From Bacillota bacterium (GTDB lineage Bacteria > Bacillota > Clostridia > Christensenellales > Aristaeellaceae), in contig JAEWVC010000064.1 in the NCBI GenBank assembly GCA_023459275.1, positions 51,630 to 115,629 of the forward strand: a DNA stretch of 64,000 nucleotides, read 5' to 3'. Made by a program: the position numbers and the translations under genes. The notes beneath the pieces were generated by a model that saw only the letters and a list, made by a program, of their open reading frames with translations, did not search any database and was not told the origin of the DNA. Below, piece by piece: positions 16,616 to 25,793 of this stretch. Positions within the stretch are counted from its first letter, which is position 1; every line of letters starts with the position of its first letter.

Positions 16616-18016
16616 ATGAAACCGTTCATGGACAAGGATTTCTTGCTTTCCACCGAAACAGCCCGGATGCTGTACCATGAAGCCGCCGAGAGCATGCCTA
16701 TCCTGGATTACCACTGTCATCTGAGCCCCCGGGAAATTGCCGAAAATAGTTCCTTCCGCAATGTGGGGCATCTGTTTTTGGGCGGCGACCATTACAAGTG
16801 GCGGGCCATGCTTTCCTTCGGGATCCCGGAGAGGCTGATCCGCGGGGACGGGGATGACAGGGACAAATTTTTCGCCTATGCGAAGATGCTTCCCCATGCC
16901 ATCGGGAATCCTCTATATCATTGGACGCATCTGGAGCTTCAGCGCGTGTTCAGCATCGGCACGGTGCTGAATGAAAACACCGCGCCGGAGATCTGGGAGG
17001 CTTGCAACGAGATGCTTTCCAAGCCGGAATTCCGCGCCCAAGGGCTCATTGACAAATTCAACGTGGATACGCTGTGCACCACCGACGACCCTATTGATGA
17101 TCTGCGCTACCACAAGCAAATCGCCCAGGAAAAGCAGCTGAAGGCCAGGGTCCTGCCCGCCTTCCGCCCCGACAAGGCGGTCAACGTGGACAGGGCCGGC
17201 TTTTACGAGTATATCGGCAAGCTGGAGGCCGCCTCCGGCCATTCCATCAAGGATACCGAAGATGTGATCGCCGCTCTGGAAAAAAGGGTGGATTTCTTCC
17301 ACGCCGCCGGCTGCCGGGTATCCGACCATGCGCTGGACACGGTGCCGTACGCCGAGGTGGACCTTAAAAAGGCGGACAAAGCTTTCAAGGACGGCATGGC
17401 GGGCAAGCCCGTTGATAAGAAAGAGGCGGCCCACTACCGCACGGCCCTTCTCACCGCCCTTGGCGGGATGTACAGCAAGCGGGGTTGGGTGCAGCAGTAC
17501 CACATCGCGGCCATGCGCAACAACAATACCCGCATTTTTGAGACCTTCGGCCCGGATGTGGGCTTTGACTCCATCACCGACGAACCTATCGCCCATGCCC
17601 TCTCCCGGTTGCTTAATGCCCAGGATAAGACCGGAAGCCTGCCAAAAACCATTCTGTACAGCCTGAATCCCGCCGCCAACGCGGTGATTGGCACCATGCT
17701 GGGCAACTTCCAGCAGTCCGGTGTCCCGGGCAAAATACAAATGGGCTCCGCCTGGTGGTTCCTGGATCAGCGGGACGGCATGGTGGAGCAAATGAAGACA
17801 TTGGCCAACCTGGGGCTTTTGAGCCGCTTCGTAGGCATGCTCACCGACAGCCGCTCCTTTGTAAGCTACCCCAGGCACGAATACTTCCGCCGCATCCTGT
17901 GCGATGTCATCGGCACCTGGGTGGAAAACGGCGAATATCCCGATGACATGGACTTTTTGAAGGAAATGGTGCGGGATATCTCCTTCCGCAACGCGCAGCG
18001 GTATTTTGATATGTAA
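16616..18016 (+). CDS. uxaC: glucuronate isomerase
   Basis: MKPFMDKDFLLSTETARMLYHEAAESMPILDYHCHL is the canonical UxaC N-terminus. AGGAGG at 16601-16606 lies 9 nt upstream of the ATG at 16616. Confidence 0.92.
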   Translation: MKPFMDKDFLLSTETARMLYHEAAESMPILDYHCHLSPREIAENSSFRNVGHLFLGGDHYKWRAMLSFGIPERLIRGDGDDRDKFFAYAKMLPHAIGNPLYHWTHLELQRVFSIGTVLNENTAPEIWEACNEMLSKPEFRAQGLIDKFNVDTLCTTDDPIDDLRYHKQIAQEKQLKARVLPAFRPDKAVNVDRAGFYEYIGKLEAASGHSIKDTEDVIAALEKRVDFFHAAGCRVSDHALDTVPYAEVDLKKADKAFKDGMAGKPVDKKEAAHYRTALLTALGGMYSKRGWVQQYHIAAMRNNNTRIFETFGPDVGFDSITDEPIAHALSRLLNAQDKTGSLPKTILYSLNPAANAVIGTMLGNFQQSGVPGKIQMGSAWWFLDQRDGMVEQMKTLANLGLLSRFVGMLTDSRSFVSYPRHEYFRRILCDVIGTWVENGEYPDDMDFLKEMVRDISFRNAQRYFDM

Positions 18017-18032
18017 TAACACTTCATATACG

Positions 18033-18077
18033 GCAAATGTCAAGGGCGGAGACAATGTCTCCGCCCTTGACATTTGC
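18033..18077. repeat. 21-bp perfect inverted repeat with 3-nt loop, downstream of uxaC
   Basis: GCAAATGTCAAGGGCGGAGAC-aat-GTCTCCGCCCTTGACATTTGC, starting 17 nt after the uxaC stop. No U-tract follows on either strand. Confidence 0.8.
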
Positions 18078-18212
18078 ATGCCATTTGAAAGAATTATGCA
18101 GCCATGTTCACACAACATGTCCGGCGGGGGCAAGCCCCCGCCCTACCCGGTACGCCTAAAAATCTTCTGTTCCCGGTGTGGAACCGTGAACATTTATATA
18201 AACTGAAGGATT

Positions 18213-18259
18213 CCAAAGGAATATATTCCTTTGGCGGGGTCCAGGGGCAGCGCCCCTGG
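18213..18259 (-). repeat. bipartite REP-like element, copy 1 (right after the uxaA stop)
   Basis: 22-bp perfect palindrome CCAAAGGAATATATTCCTTTGG, then CGGGGT, then the second hairpin CCAGGGGCAGCGCCCCTGG. Confidence 0.7.
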
Positions 18260-18269
18260 AGCGCTTCCC

Positions 18270-19754
18270 CTATTCCGTCACGCCGTCCTTGAAGATGGTC
18301 AGGTCCCGCCTGTCCAGGGCTTCGGCCTTGGCTTTTTTCCTGCCAGAGGCGATATCCAGCACAAGCGAGAGCAATTCCCCGGTGAGGGCTTCCATGGTTT
18401 CGCCGCCCAGCAGGCGGCCCGCGTCAAAATCGATCCAGTGGCTTTTGCGGCGGTACAAATCGCTGTTGCTGGAAATCTTCACGGTAGGCACCGCGCAGCC
18501 GAAGGGCGTGCCGCGGCCGGTGGTAAACAGCACCATATGCGCGCCGGAAAAGAGCAGCGCGTTGGATGCCACCAGGTCGTTGCCCGGCGCCTGAAGAAGG
18601 CTCAGGCCCTTTTGACGCACGGGCTCACCGTAGGAGAGCACATCTACAACCGGCGCGGTTCCGCCCTTCTGGGTGCATCCCAGGGACTTGTCCGCCAAGG
18701 TGGTAATGCCGCCGTCCTTGTTGCCCGGCGAAGGGTTTTCGTCCATCGGCTGATTGTAGCGCATGAAATATTCCTTGAAATCATTGATCAGGGCCACCGT
18801 CTTGTCAAAGACCTCCCGGGAGACGCAGCGCTGCATCAAAATCGTTTCCGCGCCGAACATTTCGGGTACCTCGGTGAGGATGGTGCTGCCTCCCTGGGCG
18901 ATGATGCTGTCGGACAGGCTGCCTACCAGAGGATTGGCGGTGATGCCCGAAAAGCCGTCGGAACCGCCGCACTTGAGGCCCAGCGCCAGTTCGGAGGCGG
19001 GAATGGGCTCCCTATGCATGGCCGCGGCCCTGTCACACAGCTCCTTCAACAGAGCAAGGGCTGCCTCCTCCTCGTCCTCTACCTCCTGGGTGACCAGGAA
19101 TTTTACCCGGTCTTCGTCATAAGGGCCCAGTACCTTTTTCAGCTCCGCGATCCGGTTGTTTTCGCAGCCCAGCCCCACCACCAGCACGCCGGCGGCGTTG
19201 GGATGGCGGATCAGTCCGCTTAGCGCCTTCTGGGTCATGAGCAGGTCTCCGCCAAGCTGGGAGCAGCCGTAGGGATGGCTGTAGGCCACCACAGCCTCCA
19301 GGCCTCCCCGCACAAATTGCTGGGCCGCCACCTCGATCTGCTTGGCGATGGCGTTGATGCAGCCCACGGTGGGGATGATCCACACCTCGTTGCGGATACC
19401 AACCTTCCCATTAGGACGCCGGAAACCGTCAAACGTCCTGGCCGGCCGCGGAGAAAGAGGCGCGAATTGCGGCTGATATTCATATGTAAGCAGGGAATTC
19501 AGATCGGAGCGCGTGTTGTGGGTGTGCACATGGCTCCCCGCCTTGATGGCCTCCGCCGCATGGCCGATGGGAAAGCCGTATTTCACAATCTTTTCCCCGG
19601 CGGCGATATCCCGAAGCGCAAATTTGTGCCCGGCCGGAATGTCATTAACAAGGGTCAAAGCCGCGTTCTCCGGCGCGACGGCTGTGCCTTTTTGAAGCGC
19701 CGTGGTGGCCACGGCCACGTTATCCTTGGGATGAATCTTTAAATAGCTTTGCAT
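18270..19754 (-). CDS. uxaA: altronate dehydratase
   Basis: N-terminal SAF domain (LKIHPKDNVAVA) plus a GD_AH_C-type C-terminal domain, 494 aa. It lies adjacent to uxaB. Confidence 0.92.
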   Translation of the reverse strand: MQSYLKIHPKDNVAVATTALQKGTAVAPENAALTLVNDIPAGHKFALRDIAAGEKIVKYGFPIGHAAEAIKAGSHVHTHNTRSDLNSLLTYEYQPQFAPLSPRPARTFDGFRRPNGKVGIRNEVWIIPTVGCINAIAKQIEVAAQQFVRGGLEAVVAYSHPYGCSQLGGDLLMTQKALSGLIRHPNAAGVLVVGLGCENNRIAELKKVLGPYDEDRVKFLVTQEVEDEEEAALALLKELCDRAAAMHREPIPASELALGLKCGGSDGFSGITANPLVGSLSDSIIAQGGSTILTEVPEMFGAETILMQRCVSREVFDKTVALINDFKEYFMRYNQPMDENPSPGNKDGGITTLADKSLGCTQKGGTAPVVDVLSYGEPVRQKGLSLLQAPGNDLVASNALLFSGAHMVLFTTGRGTPFGCAVPTVKISSNSDLYRRKSHWIDFDAGRLLGGETMEALTGELLSLVLDIASGRKKAKAEALDRRDLTIFKDGVTE

Positions 19755-19757
19755 GCT

Positions 19758-21227
19758 TCATTCCTCAAACAGTTTTTTCATAGCTTCACGAGGGCCATAG
19801 CTGCGGATCTGTTCCAGATATTTCGCAGACAGCTCAGCAAAGCCGGGGATTGCGCTCAAATCGCGGCCCCAGAAGGCGCCGTTGGCAGCAGCCAGGCGCG
19901 CATACTCCCCAGCGGGCTTCGCGCTGTGTTCCGCAAAAAAAGCCAGCGCGGGCAGGTCATCCTGTACGGGATAGGCGGTGCCATCCGGCCTTGCTCCCGC
20001 ATAGGTACCGTCCGGCTGCTTTCCAATGGTATAGAAAGCCAGCAGCGCCGCAAAGGAAAAGGTCAGGCATTGGGGCAGCCTGCCCGTGCTTTTCCAGGAA
20101 TCCAGCAGGGAAGGCAGGATGCGTGATTTCCATTTGGACACGGAATTGAGGGAAATGGATAAAAGCGCGTGGCGGATAAAAGGGTTTTCAAACCGCTCGA
20201 ACACACTGTCCGCAAAGTCTTTCACTTCATCGGCCGGCAGCGGCACGCCGGGCGAAATCTCCCGGTAAACCGTTTCCTCCATATATTTACGGATGTCGGG
20301 ATCGGCCATGCATTCCCCCACGGTGTCCCTGCCCATGAGGTACGCGGCCAGCACAGTGGAGGTATGGGCACCATTCAAAAGACGCACCTTCCGCTCCCTG
20401 AAGGGGCGCTGGTCCGCGGTGAACACCACGGGCAGCCCGGCCTTGTGAAGTGGCAGCAGGTGGGAGATATCCCTGCCGCTTTCGATGACCCACAAAGCGA
20501 AGGGCTCGCAGACCGCCAGGAGCCTGTCCTCGTACCCCAGCTCTTCCCAATAGTCCGAAACCGTATCCCTGGGATAGCCGGTAACGATGCGGTCCACCAG
20601 CGTGGAACAGAACACGCAGCTTTCCTCAACCCAAGCTCTGAATCCATCTGGAAGGTGCCAGGTATCCATCAGTTTCAGCACGCACTCCTTCAACTTGCCG
20701 CCGTTGTTTTCAATAAGCTCCACCGGCAGGATTACAAGCCCTTTGCCGGGATCACCGTGAAAGTGCTCATAGCGCCTGAACAAAAACTGCGTCAGCTTGC
20801 CGGGATAGGTCCTGGGGGGGCAGGCGGAAAATTCGTCCGCCGCGTCGTAAACAATACCCGCCTCCGTGGTGTTGGAAACAATGAATTGCAGTTTAGGCTC
20901 CTTTGCCAGGGCAATATATGCCTCATATTCCTCCTGGGCATCCACCGTGCGGCCAATGCAGGTGATCACCCGGTTTTCCTTGACCACTTTGCCGCCCGCC
21001 TTGCCGCGCAGGCACACGGTATACAGGTTGTTTTGTCTGCGGAACATGTCCAGCGATCCGTACGCAATCGGCTTGACAATGGCCACATCCCCGTCAAAGA
21101 GCCCCTTTTCATTGGCAATGTCCAGCATGTAATCCACGAAGGCACGCAGAAAATTACCTTCTCCGTACTGCATGACCCGGATGGGCCGAGGCTCGTGCGT
21201 AAGCACTGAAGCAATTTCCTTCAACAT
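19758..21227 (-). CDS. uxaB: tagaturonate reductase (altronate oxidoreductase)
   Basis: Long-chain mannitol dehydrogenase family. QYGEGNFLRAFVDYMLD is typical of UxaB. There is a 3-nt gap to uxaA. Confidence 0.88.
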   Translation of the reverse strand: MLKEIASVLTHEPRPIRVMQYGEGNFLRAFVDYMLDIANEKGLFDGDVAIVKPIAYGSLDMFRRQNNLYTVCLRGKAGGKVVKENRVITCIGRTVDAQEEYEAYIALAKEPKLQFIVSNTTEAGIVYDAADEFSACPPRTYPGKLTQFLFRRYEHFHGDPGKGLVILPVELIENNGGKLKECVLKLMDTWHLPDGFRAWVEESCVFCSTLVDRIVTGYPRDTVSDYWEELGYEDRLLAVCEPFALWVIESGRDISHLLPLHKAGLPVVFTADQRPFRERKVRLLNGAHTSTVLAAYLMGRDTVGECMADPDIRKYMEETVYREISPGVPLPADEVKDFADSVFERFENPFIRHALLSISLNSVSKWKSRILPSLLDSWKSTGRLPQCLTFSFAALLAFYTIGKQPDGTYAGARPDGTAYPVQDDLPALAFFAEHSAKPAGEYARLAAANGAFWGRDLSAIPGFAELSAKYLEQIRSYGPREAMKKLFEE

Positions 21228-21259
21228 AAACCAGTCCTTTCATGCTTCGATATATTGTG

Positions 21260-21279
21260 AAAAAATGGGCGTTGCCCAT
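21260..21279 (-). terminator. rho-independent terminator after the TRAP operon
   Basis: Minus strand: ATGGGC-aac-GCCCAT followed by TTTTTT. A second hairpin (TTCCCCC...GGGGGAA) precedes it. Confidence 0.55.
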
Positions 21280-21334
21280 GAAAACGCATATTCCCCCCTG
21301 TCTTTCGCCAAGGGGGAAAGAAAGTCCTGTTCTG

Positions 21335-22648
21335 TCATTTGGCAAACAGCACACCAGGCAGCCACATGGTAATCTCGGGGATATAGGTCACAAGCATCAG
21401 CACAACAAACATGACCGCAAACATAGGAAGCGCAGCCTTGGATGTCTTTTCCAGCGTCGTATTGCCAACAGCGCACCCCACGAACAGCGCGCTGCCAACA
21501 GGCGGCGTGCACAGCCCCACAGCCAGATTGAAGATCAGGACAACGCCAAAGTGGATGGGATCCATACCGATGCGGGGATCCATGACCACCGGCAGCAGGA
21601 TGGGCGTCATGATCATGATCAGAGGAGCCATGTCCATCACACAGCCCAGGAACAAAAGAAGGGCATTGATGATCAGCAGAAGAAGATATTTGTTCTGGGT
21701 CACGCCAAGCAGCAGGGCGGTCACATGCTCGGGGATACGCAGGTCACTCATCATGTAGGCAAAGGCCTTGGCCGTCCCGATGAGGGTCAGCACCACGGCC
21801 AGGGTTTTGAGTGTGTTGCGCAGCACGCGGCCTATATCCCGTATCCTGGCGGAGCGGAAAACAAGGAAGGTGAGCAGGAAGGTATACAGGCACGCAAAGG
21901 CGGAAGACTCGGTCACCGTAAAGATGCCGGCCGCCACGCCGCCCATGATGATCACCAGCGTCAGCAGCGGCAATATGGCGTTCAGCACGACCTTCATCCG
22001 TTCTCCTTTGGGAATGATAATCCCCTGGGGAAAATGATGCTTGTTCGCCATGAAGAAGCACAAAAGCATCAAAGACAAGCCCAGCGTGATGCCCGGGATG
22101 GCGCCGGCCATGAGCAGATGTTCAATATTGACACTGGCCAGGCCGCTGGCTGCCAAGGCGTAAATCACCATATTATGGCTGGGCGGTATCAGTACGCCCT
22201 GACACGCGGTGGTAACTGTCAGGGCAACGGAAAACTCGCTGTTATAGCCCTGCTTTTTCATCATGGGCACCACAACGGAGCCCAGCGAAGATACATCAGC
22301 CACAGCCGAGCCCGAGATGCCGCCAAAGAACATGGAGGACAGGCAGTTGACATACGCCAGCCCGCCCCGGAAGCGGCCGATGATCAGGTTGGCAAAATCA
22401 ATGATTTTCTCGGATATGCCGCCAGCGCCCATGATCTCGCCCATGAGGATGAAAAATGGGATGGCCAGCAGCGCATAGCTGGAAACGCCGTCCACCATGG
22501 CATTGACCATCACCGTAAGCCTTGTGCCGTTCACAAAGGCGCTGCCAAGGGTGGCCAGCAAAAGAGCGAAAGAGATGGGAACCCGCAAAGCGATCAGGAC
22601 CACAAATCCGCCCAACAGAATAATGGTGGCAAGGGTTGAGGTATCCAT
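21335..22648 (-). CDS. dctM: TRAP transporter large permease
   Basis: 437-aa polytopic DctM-type protein that directly abuts the small permease gene. Confidence 0.9.
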   Translation of the reverse strand: MDTSTLATIILLGGFVVLIALRVPISFALLLATLGSAFVNGTRLTVMVNAMVDGVSSYALLAIPFFILMGEIMGAGGISEKIIDFANLIIGRFRGGLAYVNCLSSMFFGGISGSAVADVSSLGSVVVPMMKKQGYNSEFSVALTVTTACQGVLIPPSHNMVIYALAASGLASVNIEHLLMAGAIPGITLGLSLMLLCFFMANKHHFPQGIIIPKGERMKVVLNAILPLLTLVIIMGGVAAGIFTVTESSAFACLYTFLLTFLVFRSARIRDIGRVLRNTLKTLAVVLTLIGTAKAFAYMMSDLRIPEHVTALLLGVTQNKYLLLLIINALLLFLGCVMDMAPLIMIMTPILLPVVMDPRIGMDPIHFGVVLIFNLAVGLCTPPVGSALFVGCAVGNTTLEKTSKAALPMFAVMFVVLMLVTYIPEITMWLPGVLFAK

Positions 22649-23296
22649 CTACTTTTCTCCTCCTTTCGACTCGTGCATGACCTGAGCGGCATAGTCCGTC
22701 TCCGGTTCGGAAAAAAGCAGATCACCCGGCCGAAGGATTCGGAAGATATACAGCAGAGAATCAAACACGATGATGAAGCCTACCACCGGCACTGCAATGT
22801 AACGGACCCAGTTGGGCAGTTGCGTAATGGGCATCTTGCCAGACAGACGCATCATTTGGGTAATACGTTCTGATCCGGAAATCAGCATGAACGCCCCGCA
22901 GGCCAGGACACACAAGTTTGCCAGAAATTCCATTCCCTTGCGTATCCATCCGTTTTTGGGGGCCAGGTTGTACAAAATATCCACGCTGATATGCTTTTTG
23001 TCCCGCACCCCCATGGCGCAGGCAAAGAACGCGAAATATCCCACCATCAGCCGGGGAACCTCCTCGGCCCAGGCAAGGCCGCTGTTGAACTGGCGAAGGG
23101 TCACCGCCAAGATCACGATCAGAACCATGGCCCCTAACGCAATTTCAGACAAAAACAAAATGAACGTGTGCAACCATCTGTTGATCATTCGAAGTGCTGC
23201 CGGAAGATAGCGTCTTAGCATGTATAGAATGGCAAAAAAGCATATGATTAGTACCGCAACGGATACCAAGTCAACGATATGCAGGAAATTGGCCAT
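22649..23296 (-). CDS. dctQ: TRAP transporter small permease
   Basis: Four predicted TM helices, positioned between the DctP and DctM genes. At 215 aa it is somewhat longer than typical DctQ. Confidence 0.8.
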   Translation of the reverse strand: MANFLHIVDLVSVAVLIICFFAILYMLRRYLPAALRMINRWLHTFILFLSEIALGAMVLIVILAVTLRQFNSGLAWAEEVPRLMVGYFAFFACAMGVRDKKHISVDILYNLAPKNGWIRKGMEFLANLCVLACGAFMLISGSERITQMMRLSGKMPITQLPNWVRYIAVPVVGFIIVFDSLLYIFRILRPGDLLFSEPETDYAAQVMHESKGGEK

Positions 23297-23383
23297 GGCC
23301 GAACCTCACCTCCCTCATAGAATCGGGGAGGAACCGCGAGGATCTCCGCGCAATCCCTCCCCATCGGACAAAAGGATGTGCCC

Positions 23384-24397
23384 TTAGAAATCCTTGCCCA
23401 CTTCTTTGATGGCGTTGATGATGTCCATGTAGTCGGCACCGAACTCCTCATACAGGGGGGCCATGGCCACTTCAAACTCTGCCCGCTGCTCCGGGGTCAG
23501 TTCGATCACGGTGACGCCGGCGGCACGGACGATTTCTTCGGAGGACTTTTCCTTCAATGCCCACTGGTCGATCTCGTACTGCTGGGTGGCCTTGGCGCAC
23601 TCAAAGAGGATCGCCTTGTCTTCCGCGCTCAATGTGTCCATCACGGCCTTGGAAGCCAGCAGAATTTCCGGCACACGGGTGTGCTGATCCAGGATGTAGA
23701 ACTTGGCGGCGTTGTAGTCGCCCATGTTCTGATAGGTGGGCCAGTTGTTCTCGGCGCCGTCCACAACGCCGGTGGTGATAGCGTTGAGCACGTCGTTGGG
23801 GCCAATGCCGGCCACGCCGGTGGCGCCCAGGAGCTCCACCATGCGCAGCATCATGGTGTTGTTCTGCATGCGGATCTTGAGGCCCTTCATATCGGCCACG
23901 GTATGGACTTCTTTGGTCAGGTAGAAGGAACGGGAACCGGCGTCATAGTAGCACAGGCCCACCAATCCGGAGCTTTTGCCATCCTTATCCACGCCGGTCT
24001 CAATGCCAGCCAGCAGACCTTGCCCGATCTCACCGTTAAGCACAGCCCACATGTGGGCACCGCTCTTGTACAAGTAGGGCATCTGAATGGCGTTGATGGA
24101 AGGCACAAAGTTGGCCACCGGGGAAGCGGATACGCGGGTGAAAGCCAGATCGCCCAACTGAAGAGCCTCGATGGAGTCGCTCTCATTGCCGTACAGCACC
24201 GCGCCCGGATACACTTCCACTTTGATACGGCCTTCCGTCTTCTCCTCCACCAGACGGGCAAACTCGCGGTCGGCCAGCGTCGTGGGGTAGCCTTCGGCAT
24301 GCACTTCGGCAAGCTTCAGGACAGTTGCTGCGGACGCGCCGGCGGCAAAGGCCAGCACAACCACCAGGGCCAGGATGACAGATACCAGTTTCTTCAT
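23384..24397 (-). CDS. dctP: TRAP transporter substrate-binding protein
   Basis: Signal peptide MKKLVSVILALVVVLAFAAGASA, then a DctP-family body (YPGAVLYGNESDSIEALQLGDLAFTRVS; R in the NxxxR carboxylate-binding context). Confidence 0.9.
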   Translation of the reverse strand: MKKLVSVILALVVVLAFAAGASAATVLKLAEVHAEGYPTTLADREFARLVEEKTEGRIKVEVYPGAVLYGNESDSIEALQLGDLAFTRVSASPVANFVPSINAIQMPYLYKSGAHMWAVLNGEIGQGLLAGIETGVDKDGKSSGLVGLCYYDAGSRSFYLTKEVHTVADMKGLKIRMQNNTMMLRMVELLGATGVAGIGPNDVLNAITTGVVDGAENNWPTYQNMGDYNAAKFYILDQHTRVPEILLASKAVMDTLSAEDKAILFECAKATQQYEIDQWALKEKSSEEIVRAAGVTVIELTPEQRAEFEVAMAPLYEEFGADYMDIINAIKEVGKDF

Positions 24398-24503
24398 ACA
24401 AGGTACCTCCCGTTTGATTTTTTATCCTTTACCGCAAAAACGCTGCGGCAAAAAATCACGAACCGGTACGCTGCCGGCAGGGGAGGGAATGCCTGTTTTA
24501 ATT

Positions 24504-24519
24504 AACTTGTATGCAGTTT
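24504..24519. promoter_or_regulatory. operator-like 16-mer, proximal copy (about +9 to +24 of the TRAP promoter)
   Basis: AACTTGTATGCAGTTT. It matches the distal copy at 14 of 16 positions. Confidence 0.45.
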
Positions 24520-24531
24520 TCTCTAGGAACG

Positions 24532-24560
24532 ATTATATCACGCTTTCCTTTGTGGGGCAA
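24532..24560 (-). promoter_or_regulatory. candidate promoter of the TRAP (dctPQM) operon
   Basis: Minus strand: TTGCCC (24560-24555), a 17-nt spacer, then TATAAT (24537-24532) preceded by TGA. Confidence 0.5.
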
Positions 24561-24605
24561 GCGGATTTCCTCTTTTCATTACATCCGGGTCCTGAAGCCG
24601 ATATC

Positions 24606-24621
24606 AACTTGTATACAATTT
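24606..24621. promoter_or_regulatory. operator-like 16-mer, distal copy (contains 10-bp palindrome TTGTATACAA)
   Basis: AACTTGTATACAATTT, about 50 nt upstream of the -35 box. Confidence 0.45.
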
Positions 24622-24695
24622 ATTTGCGGCAAAAGGCCGTTTTTCCGCACGGTGCGCCAAGCGCATCCCCGCACATTACCCAGTGCATCCGGGCA

Positions 24696-25769
24696 CTAAA
24701 GCGCCTCAATTCCCATTTCTCCGGCGATGGCGGCCATTTCTCCAAAAGTCTTTTCCTGCACCGGGATGCCGCAGGACATTTTTTCGCGTTGGGATTCTCC
24801 TTCCTTCTCTCCGTGGATGTACACCCGCTCCTGGCCCTCCGCCTTTTTTGCGTCCCGCAGCTTTTGCAGGTACGCGGAAAAGCTGTCCCTGGTTTTTGCC
24901 TTGTCCCCGAAAAGGCCGTAATCCGCCGCCATGAAAAAGTGGGCGATGCCGGACCCGCCGGGCTTTTTGTAAATTTCATCCGACGTTGTTCCGCCGGAAA
25001 GGACAGCGGTGAACAGCTCGCACATCAGGCCGAAGCCATAGCCCTTATAGCCGGAGGTCTCCTCCCCCGCGCCACCCAGGGGCAGGATGCCCCCGCCCAA
25101 TTTATGGATGATATTATGAAGTACGTGCTCCGTATCCGACGTTTCCAGCCCATTCTCATCCAGCATCCAGCCTGCGGGCGCAGGCTTGCCCTGCTTGTTG
25201 TACACCTCCAGCTTGCCCCTGGGCACCACGGTGGTGGCCGCGTCGAACAGGAAGGGCACTGGCTCCGCCGGCATGGCCAGGGCGATGGGATTCGTACCCA
25301 GCATAGCCTGCCTGGCAAAGGTGGGCACCGTGATGGCCTCGGTATTGGTCATGCATACGCCCATCAGGTCATGCTCAAGGGCCATCCCGGCATAGTACCC
25401 CGCGATGCCGTAGTGGTTGGAATTGCGCACCGCCACCATGCCCACGCCGACAGCCTCCGCCTTTTTGATGGCCAGGGACATGGCGGAATGGGCCGCAAGT
25501 TGCCCCATGGCGTCCCCGGCATCTATAACCGCGGAAAGCTTCGTTTCAAAAACGGTTTTCGGCTCAGCATCCACCTTTACCATACCGGAGCGGATCTCCC
25601 TGTGGTAGCGGTTCAGCCGCTGCACGCCGTGGGATTCAATCCCCCGCAGATCAGCGGCCAGCAGCACATCGGCGATCAGGCCGCTTTCCTTTGCGGAAAA
25701 CCCATAACATGGAAAGAGGCGCAGGCAAAAAGCCCGCAGGTCCCCATAGGGAATGATCCTGTAAGCCAT
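24696..25769 (-). CDS. Ldh_2 family (malate/L-lactate/2,3-diketo-L-gulonate reductase-type) oxidoreductase
   Basis: GIESHGVQRLNRYHREIRSG and NSNHYGIAGYYA are Ldh_2 hallmarks. 357 aa. Confidence 0.85.
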   Translation of the reverse strand: MAYRIIPYGDLRAFCLRLFPCYGFSAKESGLIADVLLAADLRGIESHGVQRLNRYHREIRSGMVKVDAEPKTVFETKLSAVIDAGDAMGQLAAHSAMSLAIKKAEAVGVGMVAVRNSNHYGIAGYYAGMALEHDLMGVCMTNTEAITVPTFARQAMLGTNPIALAMPAEPVPFLFDAATTVVPRGKLEVYNKQGKPAPAGWMLDENGLETSDTEHVLHNIIHKLGGGILPLGGAGEETSGYKGYGFGLMCELFTAVLSGGTTSDEIYKKPGGSGIAHFFMAADYGLFGDKAKTRDSFSAYLQKLRDAKKAEGQERVYIHGEKEGESQREKMSCGIPVQEKTFGEMAAIAGEMGIEAL

Positions 25770-25793
25770 TTTGCCGCGCCCCCTTCCCGGAGA

